A DNA stretch of 62,013 bases, the filler included, from Diploschistes diacapsis (Eukaryota), in assembly GCA_023645945.1 (NCBI GenBank). It is 8 parts of 8 records of this genome, joined end to end, with 100 filler letters (N's around TTAATTAATTAA, not from the genome) between each part and the next. Parts side by side here need not be neighbours in the genome. Positions count along the whole stretch, not along the records: positions 1 to 7,686 come from JALAIB010001253.1; positions 7,787 to 15,465 come from JALAIB010001254.1; 6 more parts are not named here. The stretch is one strand, 5' to 3'. Below, piece after piece: positions 1 to 10,349 of the stretch. Position 1 is the first letter of the stretch. Every line of letters begins with the position of its first letter. A program made the translations under genes and the position numbers. The notes under the pieces are model-generated. The model was not told the origin of the DNA. It searched no databases and worked only from the letters and a program-made list of their open reading frames with translations.

Positions 1-216
1 CCTTTACTATTGTCTTTTTGGCTATAAAATAAGGAATATTTAGCCTATTGGCTGCATTTTTTAAGATAGCACCTGATCTGTATGCGCCTATAAGCTCAGA
101 ACGCTCCCAGAGCTTCAAACGACGATATGATGGCATTATTATAGAAATAATAGTAGGCATTTATTATTTATTTGCACCGATTTAACCGAGGGACCATTAC
201 TTTTGGACTAGTACTG
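1..216. mobile_element. Right end of a RIP-degraded Tc1/mariner-type DNA transposon
   Basis: AT/TpA-rich sequence ending ...TACTTTTGGACTAGTACTG followed by TA (217-218). The reverse complement CAGTACTAGTCCAAAAGTA matches the right TIR of the MITE at 52058-52076 at 18/19 positions. Confidence 0.6.
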
Positions 217-223
217 TAGATGA

Positions 224-261
224 TCGGTTATTAGGGTCCGCTCGGTTATTAGGGGCAACAC
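224..261. mobile_element. Isolated Fot1/pogo-like TIR fragment
   Basis: Direct repeat TCGGTTATTAGGG x2 (224-236, 242-254) then GCAACAC|TA. A TIR with internal direct repeats and a TA flank is typical of Fot1/Pot elements. Confidence 0.4.
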
Positions 262-343
262 TACAGAAACCATCCTTACATTATTACACATGGATCCAAT
301 ATAAACACTCGCTACATTTAACGATTGCCAAACACTCGCGATC

Positions 344-839
344 ATGGCTATTGTTCATATCGTTCTCGTCAAGGTATCCATGAAGACTTTAAATACATTC
401 ACCGAAAATTGCTGACCATGAACAATAGTTCAAAGATTCCACCGATGCCGCAACGGTGCGGAATGCAGGTCTCCCCATTATCGGGTGTAGCGCAAAGCCT
501 CGACTGATGTGATACAAACAGTGCTGCAATGAACTACTTCAGCTGAAGACCACTTGCATGCATACCGAAAGCCAGCAGCCATACATACTCAACATCAGTG
601 GCGGGGAGAATAACAGTAATGAGGGGCTCAGTGTAAGCTATCTTCCTGATTGACACTCATGTTTGATGCTAAATCAACAACAGCAAGGCTACACGCATGG
701 CTTCTCGGTTGTTTTCGAATCCCGCGAAGACCGCGATCATTACACCAACAATGATCCAGTGCACAGAGCATATGCGCAGAAATTAAGAACCGTGGCAGAG
801 AAAGTGGTGGTGGTGGACTATGAGCCGCACGTCTTCTGA
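344..839 (+). CDS. Stress-responsive A/B barrel (Dabb) protein, ~110 aa, 4 exons
   Basis: Manual splicing of 344-373, 429-464, 522-632, 684-839 gives MAIVHIVLVKFK...PYILNISGGENNSNEGLSQGYTHGFSVVFESREDRDHYTNNDPVH...VVDYEPHVF. Missed by the ORF track. Confidence 0.88.
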
Positions 840-961
840 AAGATAGATATCGTGAATTCATGAGCCCACTATGATATGTCGTCTATGACGCCCCATTTTC
901 CATGTAGAAGGAGACGCCTGTGCCATGCCGCTGAATACCCCCGACATTGATGCAGTCCTGG

Positions 962-1766
962 TTATACCATGAAAGACTCCCCACAGCCGCATTGCTCCTC
1001 TGGTAATCAATCAGTAACAAGCCAAAGTAGAAGATGATAAAGACTCACTTATGTTGGGGTTCTTGAAGACAAATCGCTGATTGAGCTTATCCTCCACCCA
1101 ATCCATTTCACTCCCGATGATGCTGAACAACGCCTTGCTGTCGATCAAGACTTTCACTCCATCTTGTTCCACAGCTTCGTCGAATGTACCCGGCTTCTCC
1201 ACGTATTCTAGATGATAGGCTAGGCCAGAGCAGCCTCTATTCTTCACCCCTACCCGTATCATCTTAGGATCTGGTTGTTCGAGCAGTAGCTTCAAGTGCT
1301 CTACAGCAGATGAACTCAAGCTCATCGCTGCCTTCCGCGGCCGGAGCTTTGAACGCTTCGGCTTTGTTGATGTCTCAGAGGACGTTGTGTGAAGGATTTC
1401 CGTGGGCTTGCTTTTTTGTGCCTCCTTTTCCGTAATGCTCATGTTAGGCACACTCAGAGCACTGGCATTCTCTATTTCTGCTTGTGGCCCGGGCGGCCGT
1501 ATATCGTGTATTCTGGGTACTGCGCCGCTAATGGAAGTTTCTGGGACGTTGGAGTTTCTTGGTGGAAGTGACGGATCAAGAGATTGAGGTCGGTAAGCAG
1601 AGGTCGTTACAAGTTTCCGCTTCGTATATGAATGACCGCCGAAAGATGATGTGAAGTGCCGAGTTGCGTAAGCAGATGCTCGAGACGTGGCGGAGGCAAA
1701 TCTGACGATATTGGTTAAGGTGGCGACGGGGGTCATGGCACGCTGGACAGACATGGCTGTGAACAT
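962..1766 (-). CDS. ISA1: Mitochondrial iron-sulfur cluster assembly protein (IscA/HesB family)
   Basis: IRVGVKNRGCSGLAYHLEY...FKNPNI, plus a last exon after intron 1000-1048 giving KEQCGCGESFMV*. N-terminus resembles a mitochondrial presequence; exact start Met uncertain. Confidence 0.93.
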
Positions 1767-2159
1767 GAGATAGAGAGAGGTAGCGAAAAATGAGGATTGC
1801 AGGTACTGTCCATTAAGGAGATGCGCTGTTCTCAAAGGATCATGACTGCTTGTAAGCTGAACATATGTGTCTCCGTGATGTGTAGGATGACGGAGCAGCT
1901 GGCAGTATGCAGCTGAGAGACGTCAAATAACGAACCAATCAGAGATGCCATGATTATCTGTCGATGAAAGAGGGATAGCGGCTCGCTTAATGGCTCGCTT
2001 AGCCTGGACAAGGCTATTTCTCAATGAGGGATGTGCCCAAGTTCGCTTTCAATGATGTTCAACATGATAATCATAATGGATATCCGACAAAAAGTTGCAT
2101 CTTCTGGAAGGCCGTATAGCTTATGTGGATTCTTACAAACAAGATAACTAGTCTCGGCC

Positions 2160-4384
2160 ATGGAAGCATCACCCCTTGTCCAGCAAGCACGGCCGTCGTT
2201 CCAGCCAAAGATAACACAGTTGTACGACGAGCTCTTCCACGTAAGACCCGAGTATCATTACAACAATGTTCGACCGCTGAATTATTGAAGGACGAGGACA
2301 ATCACCACTCGGAAGGATTCTGGAGCGAGTTCTTTCTCTTGAAACCGGATAAAGTGAGCTTCCAGAAGAGGCTCGATGCGGTTTCGGCCGATGGGCTCTT
2401 GCACTTCCAAGTGAGATGACACGCACGACATGTATGATGCAGCTGCTGATCGAGATATAGCATGAAGCACAAGAGCTTTTCACACACTCTGTGCGGCACA
2501 TAAAGGCTGGGCAGGCGCCGTCAGATGAGATTGCCTTGGATGTGGGCCCTCTCCTGTGCTTTTTGTATCGTCGGTGACACTTACTTATCAGACACTTACA
2601 GTCTTCCTATCCGGTGTCTTATCCAAACGATATACCAACCCAAGCTCAGATGTCATTATGGTCTTGGCGGGTCTCGAGACCGTGGACAGTGTCTGCACTG
2701 ATTTTGCGAATGCTATAGAGATCATTATCCGCACTGGGCGGTCCTGTATGTCTTGCCTCCCACCTTCAGAAGACGCTGGTACTTATGATCACTCACAGTG
2801 GATATTCGTAAGAAAGCGATTCAGGTAGCCTTATCCCTGACTTCAGGGGCGTACCAGACCAGCCTCGTCTCCTACTTCACACACCGCGATCTTTTTCCAG
2901 CATTGATGAAGGTAGGAACGGATTTCCCTTGCCAAGCAGCACGAGGGTCTGACAGTAGCAGTATATTCAAGAATCTGATGTGGCCATGCGTGCCTTCGAA
3001 CCCTTTTTACTTCTAGGTCTACTGGCAAATTACAACAAATTTGAGTTTCGCAATCCCTACAGCCTACGACTGGAAGATTTTGTAAATGAGAAAGTGATAG
3101 AGAAGATCATCCTCGGCTTCTCCGACACTTGTGCAGTGATCCGAAAAGGCTATACTGACGTTATTCATGACCTTCCGGTGGACCCCAGCTGGACTCTCAG
3201 TAGCACCTTAAGCTACATCGGGCTTGGGATGCTCGCTCCAATAAGAGCCATAAACCCAATTGCAACCCCTGAAGATCATAAAGAGAAGTTTGGCATCTTG
3301 TTAGTGGCGGCTTCCTGGACGATATGGCCATGCTGACCAGTCTAGGCCCGGTCCTGAAGCTGCTGTACTACTAGCTGTGTACGACTTCGTTAATGCTAAC
3401 AAACTGTTCAATTACAATCTCCTTTCTACCCCATCTGAGTCGCAGCCCACGTTTAGCACTTATCTCTCCATGATGTCCTACCTGCTTCACCACGCCTATC
3501 GCACCTCTCGAGCTACCCTCTACGGCATTCTTAGTCTTAGCACACTTCGTATAATGCTCGAAGACGTAACATTATGCAAGCAGTTCTGCGATCCAGCGAA
3601 GCCAATACTGGTTCGCCTCTGCCGGCAACGGCCTCCGCTTCTGCCACCCACACCGGCCCCTCGTGCCCCAGCAGCCCACATACTCGACGTTGCTGTTGAT
3701 ACAGTCAACCACAACCTTCGTCGCCGTCTCGATGTGGACCTCTACGCCGCTGCCGTCAACCTTATACACCGCCTCTTGATTTGCCTGACCCAGAACCATA
3801 TCCATCTTACCTACCATTGGACGCTCCTCTGGCAATCCCTCCTCACTCTCATACGCTTCCTTCAAACCTACGCCACTGACATCTGCGTCCAACCCACGGA
3901 CGTGCATGTCCTAATATCTCCCCTCCTTAAATCCCTGGCCCTTGCCATCGCCCACGGCAACGCCTTTCTGCCAGATCCCGCAGCCTACGACGACCTCTTC
4001 TACAAGCTCGTCGAGAGCGCACCGATACTCGAAAAGTTCAAAACCACCTTCAAGCTCTCCTCCGCGCCGTCCGCCACGGGCGACGCCGCCAGTGGTGCAG
4101 CAGCCAGCTCCCCCATTGACGTCCTCATCTCAGCAGCCTCGCACTTTCACATCATCCTCGAGGAGGAAAAGAACAAGGGCAGGTTAGGTTTCACGCTGAG
4201 CGCTAGGGCGGTGAACAAGGTGATTAGGGAAGGCTACGAGAGTCTGGAAGTGGCGGACGTGAGCGCCATGGGTGTCGAGCACTTTGATATCTGGCGCGAA
4301 GGAGAAGAGAGGGGCATGGTGAAGAAGGCTGGGAGGATGGCGGTTGAGGATGTGAGGAGGCTTGTGGGTGGGGGAGGGAGATGA
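2160..4384 (+). CDS. DUF1741 / ARMH3 (C10orf76)-like armadillo-repeat protein, multi-exon
   Basis: MEASPLVQQARPSFQPKITQLYDELF, FWSEFFLLKP, LLGLLANYNKFEFRNPY, LCRQRPP, YDDLFYKLVE motifs across exons separated by short GT-AG introns. Confidence 0.8.
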
Positions 4385-5029
4385 GGGAGATGGATTTTGG
4401 CTTTGCTTGGGACGTAGTGTTGCAATAGAAATACCTGGTGTGGTAAAAGGACTCAGCTAGGGACAAGAGTTTGGTCATAGACGGACGGTCACTGGATTCT
4501 ACGTTCGAAACATCTAGCTCTCCCTATATTCCCAATTGACTTTGTGTCCATTATTCAATCCTCTTGAGTCCACTAGCCGTAGCCAGTGTATCGGCAAAGA
4601 CCAACAAACTTTCATAGGTTCCAGAATCCGCCAACGATCCAAGCGCCACACTCCTCCCGCCGCGCCGTCGCCATGTATGCAAATTACAAATAACGGACTC
4701 GGAAACAGGGAAGAGAAAATACGCTAGACAAGCCTTGATTCGGCCAAAAATCCTGCGCACAGAGACTATACCGGAGAAAAATGCTAGCTCAGTTCAATTA
4801 CATAATTCAACATCTTGGGCCTCCTTTGTAGAGAGAGCCAGGCAGTGAAGGGGGCGGAAACGAAGGGAAGATGGCCAAAGAATTCTGACGAGGCTGGACC
4901 GCGAAAGGCGAAAGAGGCAACGACGTGACTCTTGGGAAGGGAATTGCTCTTCCGGGAAAGGGTGCGCGTGCTGTGATGGATCCCGGGAAAGATCATGGGA
5001 GCGATGCGATTTCGCGATTCGGAGCGCTC

Positions 5030-6540
5030 CTAGTTCGTGCGCGCCTTCTCGATGTACTCTTGCGAAGCGGGCTCGTAGGGCGCGAAGAAGTAGAGAGCCT
5101 GGTTCTTTGCGATCCACGTGGAAAATTTGATCATCTCTTCGCGCAGGCGCTGGATGGACTGGGGATCCATGTTCGTCTGCGCGATGAGCTCGGGAAGTTT
5201 GACTGTTGGGGCATGATTAGGCTCGCAACGTTATGCGAGCGTGGAGCTAGCTAAATCCACAGGAGACGTGGCGGCTGCATAACGTACCTATCAAGCGCAT
5301 CAAGTGTTCGCTGCCGTACACGTCCCCCGCGCTCTTGCCGTCTTCCTTGGCCCACTGGCGGCGCTGCTCGTGGTATTGCTCGCGCTCGAAGACGTACAGG
5401 AGGATACGTCCGAGGCATTTGTCGAAGTACTCGCGAAGCCCGGCAATGGTCTCCTCGAGGAGATCGTAGTCCGCTGAGGCTCTGGGACGCCTGACGCTCT
5501 CGAACGCCCAGTACTCGTCGAGGATCACATTGACCGGTTTCTTGGAGGGCAAGGTTACGAGCTCCAGGTTCTTGGTGATGTGCTCCCAGTCGTCCACAAG
5601 GATGGCCTTGATGGCGTCTGGGCATGGAATGTGTACCTCTGGGCGAGAGATATATGCCTCCTCCTATAGAACTCGTCAGAGAGGATACGAGCTTGCAGGA
5701 GCAACTCTGAAGATAAGGGGCAGCAGTGCAGAAATTGAGCGAAAGCATACCTTGTCTAGATCCTCACGGCCGCGCTTGCGGCTGGTTGCTGGGAGGCTGT
5801 TCTGGCGCTCCTCACTGGCGCGGGTGCTGTCTTCGTCGCCCGGTTTTTTCTTGTGCGATTTTGTCGCAGAGGAGGTCGATGGCTTCTTCGTCGAGGTCGT
5901 GTACTCGCGCTGCAATGTGCGTGCTAGATCCTTATTCTCCTCGGTGGGCTTGCGAATACGCTCGCCTGGTACCCAATCATCCCACCTGTATGACTCGCAT
6001 CAGTAAGGAGCCATGTTCGCTAAGGAAATGCCGATGGATCGAGTCAAAAGCGTCGCACCCAATAAATTCGAGAGTACTTATGGAAACAACAGACCATCAA
6101 GAATGTCCTACAGCTTGCTAATTGGTATACTAGTTGAAATTATTGAAGTGGATCGTCTACGTGATGTATTTGTATTGAGGGGTTTCGGCATGAACAGAAG
6201 GCTCAACATCATTCAAAAGAGCACAAGACGTTAGAGCAGGCAATTTGGTAGGTACGGTAACTAGCTCAATAAGTTCCAACAGCTTTTGGAAACAAAGTAT
6301 CCAACAAATAAGCGGACAAGCCCACGGCAAAGACCCAAATCGAAAAGAGTCAACAGAAACTAGAACTCACGTATTCTTCCAACCCTTATAGTGCACACGG
6401 TACTGATGTGCAGAGGCTGGGTCCGACGGCATGGACAATCTAGTGTCAAGGATCTTCGCTTCATAAAGAAGCTCCCCGTGAAAACAGAGGACCTTATCAT
6501 CCTTGTTGAATGCAGGCTGGTTCGAGCGAACAGCAGGCAT
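5030..6540 (-). CDS. EAF3: Chromodomain/MRG protein of NuA4/Rpd3S
   Basis: KVLCFHGELLYEAKIL, YRVHYKGWKNT|WDDWV; MRG domain LVDDWEHITK...GLREYFDKCLGRILLY...YGSEHLMRL; last exon KLPELIAQTNMD...YIEKARTN*. Confidence 0.93.
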
Positions 6541-7686
6541 ATTTATGCTTCTAGACGTAGAAGTCAGTGTTACTCTGCGAGAAGACAAAAGGGGACAAAG
6601 AACTAATCCTACTTCTTTACACGCTTGCAAGATTTACCTTTTGACCCTGGAGACGGCCGGATGGTGGGAGAGGAAGATCTGGGTGAGTCAAGAGAAGACT
6701 TTCTCGAGGGCAGTGACTTTGGCGATTCCGGGTCGGATGGGTATTTGACGAGACTGTCTGAGGTATCGGACTCCTCAGCCTCTGTGATGTAGGGAGACGG
6801 TAGACTAATATCCCAAGACCACACAGGTTAGCTTAGCAAACATAAATATACTTTTTTTGTTTCTTCACATTGTGTAAAAGCTTGAGGTTCGCTGAAAGTT
6901 TTCTTGTGCACTGCGTGTGCGTGATTTACTCCTGGAGAGACAAGTTGAAGCGGAAAAGGAGACGCGAAGGTAGAGAACACGCTAACCACTTTGAGGCCTA
7001 GCCGCTCAGTAACCCTCACTAGCGCCATATATGTCTCTTGGTGGCAACGGCCCTCTCATACAAACAAATAAAACAATCGCAACTTGCTGAGAACAGGACA
7101 GATTGAAGAGTGGCGAAGACAAGAGCTTCTGTAACATGGGGGGAAATGGGAAGCGTTTGCACTCACTTTCTAATCCACAGCAGGACCTCTAACACCTTGT
7201 CTTCTTCTGCCATTTCTCCAGTCATTTTGCCCCGACAAACAGGATATCGTTCCGTCTGAATTCACGCTACACCAAGATAGAGAGATCCAAACTTAGAAGG
7301 CACTTCAAAATCGGGACTGTTGCTATGAGTGAAATTAGGAGGATTGGCCTTTTATCAATGCAAGGAACGAAATAAACAGATATTGACAGGTCCAAGACGC
7401 GAGAGATAAAGCATCTGAGCACACGACCGAGGATCTCCAGCACGACTTCTCCAGGCTGAAGCAGCCATTCCTTAGAGCAAGCTTGAATCGTCCATCACCC
7501 TCGAGCTCCAACAGAGGACACCCTCTCTGCAACACTTTGAACCCCAAGCAGCTTTCAGGAACAAACCCACCTCTAACCTTTCGCTGACTGGCTCCCGGCT
7601 GCAATCCGTCCCTATACTCTCAGCCGGCCGGCGTACTTGGCCTTCAACCTCCAGTCGCTTTGTCCCCCTCCACCCACACCCATGCC

Positions 7687-7786
7687 NNNNNNNNNNNNNN
7701 NNNNNNNNNNNNNNNNNNNNNNNNNNNNNNTTAATTAATTAANNNNNNNNNNNNNNNNNNNNNNNNNNNNNNNNNNNNNNNNNNNN
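7687..7786. other. Artificial contig spacer
   Basis: N44-TTAATTAATTAA-N44 six-frame-stop linker. Confidence 0.99.
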
Positions 7787-7831
7787 GGAGGAGGAGGAGG
7801 AGGAGGAGGGGGTGGGGGTGGTGGAGGCTAG

Positions 7832-8041
7832 GAGCCGGCGAACGTGGACAGCAAGATCACGGCGACGGGCGCGATCCGGGATTTCTTCACGGGGAAGGAG
7901 GACCATGCGGAGTGGTTCAAGAGGCTGGACGATGCGGTTATCAAGCCAACGCTGCTGCTGGATCAGAGTAGCAAGGGCGGCGGCAGCGGTGGTGGTGGCA
8001 ACGGACATGCACATGCACATGGGCATGGGAGCAATGTTTGA
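7832..8041 (+). CDS. NHX1: 3' end of endosomal Na+/H+ exchanger (Nhx1/Nha2 type), 5' part missing
   Basis: ATGAIRDFF...WFKRLDDAVIKPTLLLD resembles the conserved Nhx1 C-terminal WFxxxDxxxxKPxxLD motif. An in-frame TAG at 7829 lies in the G-rich contig edge (possible base error). Confidence 0.65.
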   Translation, partial: EPANVDSKITATGAIRDFFTGKEDHAEWFKRLDDAVIKPTLLLDQSSKGGGSGGGGNGHAHAHGHGSNV

Positions 8042-8266
8042 GTTGATATGATACCTTTCTTCTTCGCATGAACTGAATGGGCGCATCGAGTAACGGCGTT
8101 GCGGAATGGCCCGACTGGCTAGCGTGGCTGGCTTGTTGCCCACCACTACATGGGCGGATTGGCCTTTTTTTCTTCTTTTTTTTTCTCGTGTATAGATTAG
8201 ATTCGAGGTCCCAACGTTAGACTAGTACTCAGCCAGAGTTACATCAGATTGGCTCCGATTGCTTAC

Positions 8267-9417
8267 CGCTCCTGCAGCAAGTAACAGTAAGTATGGTATA
8301 AGACCTCTCATGTCCGCATCGTTTTTGGAAACACACATTTGCAGGCGTGAGAGGACAGCTTCTGTTACGACGATTGGGTTATCTACTTGACTCTGCCGTA
8401 CTGGATACTGTGGATTTCAATGGGGACGTGGGTGTTGGGTTCGATTGATTGACTGCGATCAGAAGCCTTTTTTGAAACAAAAAGGAGAGGGGAATTCCCA
8501 GGTTACACTGCCAGCTGGGGCCCTTTTTGTAGATGACTTGTTGCGCTCTCTTGCTCCGTTCTCGCACGGCACACTTTTTGCTACCGGCTGCGGGGCGAGT
8601 TTGCTGCGCGACATTGGGCGAGGGGGTGTTTTACGGAGTTGGATAGCTGGATGGCGTTGTGTATCTTAGTTGTACCGGGTACTTGTCCAGCTTTTTCTGG
8701 GGGTTTTTTTCCCCGGGGTTTGGGGGCGTGGGCTTTTACGGAGCAGTGGTGTGTTGTTGGGTGTAGGTGGATCGATCGATCGATAGATAGACAGAGAGAT
8801 AGATGAATAGATGGTTGGATGGATACTAGAGGACCCGGGGTCGAAATATACATCTATATATATCTCTATATGATGAATAGTCTGGCCTAACCATCTGTGT
8901 GTGGAGCGTGTAGTGTGCGTATGAATATGAATATGAAGAAGCGAAGCGTTACGGGGATACAATTAAGCACATGCCCGGTACTGGATATGATAGGAAGAAG
9001 TTGCAAGGCTTGTGCTTGCAATCGGCGCGGCATCACGGTGGGTGGCGTTGTGCGGCGGGCGGAAGCTAGTTGCAAAAGTTCTGCATGGGATCATGATGGC
9101 TGTCAGGCTGTCAGGCTGTCTGGCTGTCTGGCTCGCTGGATGGATGGAGCCCAAAAGCAACGGGTAAATGAGTGTGTGTATGTTGCGTGCATGTGTGCGT
9201 GGTGCAGACGAGGTGACAAAGGTAAGAAGCGAGCGAAAAGGGAAGAGAGAGAGAGAGAGCGGGTTTCTATTCTATTCTTCAGGCTGTCGATTCCTTGTTA
9301 AGAGTGCTCCAATCTATTTTATTCTGTAAACTGACTCTGTCCCATCTGCCATCTTGCTAGAAAGGGGGCTTGGGACCGGGCACTGACTGCCCTGCCCAGC
9401 GCAATAATGGCACTACC

Positions 9418-9502
<85 letters not shown>

Positions 9503-9870
9503 ACTACTAACTACTACAGTAAGCCGCAAGACAGATAATTATTATAAATATAAACATAAATATAAATATTATAAATAACAAGGGCTTGAAGACCGGAAAT
9601 AAATGAAGAAAAAGGACGTATTAAAGTACCGAGTAGAATACAGTACAGCAATACAGTACAGCAATGCAGTACAGCAAAACAGTACAGTACAGGACAGTAC
9701 ATTCATAAGGTATTTGGGTATTTTGGGTATTTGGGTAATTGTTAGTGGTTATTTGTGCACGATGCACAAGACTTGCACAATTTAAGCTCATATTTTGCAT
9801 CTGTAGGGCGAACATCGAACAAGAATGCCAGCCGTATCTAGTGGAAAAAAGTAGTCGGGGGAAAACGTGA
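8267..9870 (-). ncRNA. TER1: Candidate telomerase RNA (TER), ~1.6 kb; 5' end approximate
   Basis: Ordered on the minus strand: helix arm 9810-9833, boundary hairpin 9753-9769, template TAACCACTAAC 9741-9751, pseudoknot strands 9596-9627 / 9334-9343 / 9313-9324, partner helix arm 9282-9309, three-way junction 8281-8368, GTAAGC at 8261-8266. Lies in an ORF-free interval between NHX1 and INO80. Confidence 0.78.
9412..9517. repeat. (CCA)n/(CTA)n microsatellite
   Basis: Short CCA run followed by a long, nearly perfect CTA run. Confidence 0.97.
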
Positions 9871-10349
9871 GCGTGAATGGAACACGGGGGTGAAAATGAA
9901 AATGAAAATGAACTCACCACCTTCCAGCTCCCTCCCTTTCTCGCTTTGTCCCCAAACCATCCCCATCTATCCTACTGATTCCATCAAGACTCCATCGCTT
10001 CACTGCTGTCTTCTGATGCTATTCCCTACTCCAGTCCATCATCGTCATCGTCTACCTGCCTTTCACCTATAGGGCCATAGACTATAGACCATAGACCATA
10101 GACGCGTGTCCGGCCCAGCTACTGTAAGACTGGCAAGATTGTGCGCCCGTGCTGATAGGAGTTTCACCACCCGACTTCTCTTCCTACATCACACGAATCA
10201 ATACCCACAGAACAGCCAGACATACAGCCCTCCTTGCTTCTGCACATTCTCAACCCTGAGTCGAATATCGAACCGGCCCTTGCTGCGTAAGGGCCACTTT
10301 CCAAGGTCGTGGTCGAAGACACAGAGGATGATGCAGACCGCCCATCACC

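Noticed and set aside
7030..7686. Spliced plus-strand gene divergent from EAF3
   Set aside because: Splice-like signals are present but every frame tried terminates early.
7731..7742. Recurrent TTAATTAATTAA motif as a biological site
   Set aside because: Always centred in N runs; a synthetic six-frame stop linker.
8379..10072. Short ORFs between NHX1 and INO80
   Set aside because: Low-complexity, microsatellite-derived translations; better explained by the ncRNA.
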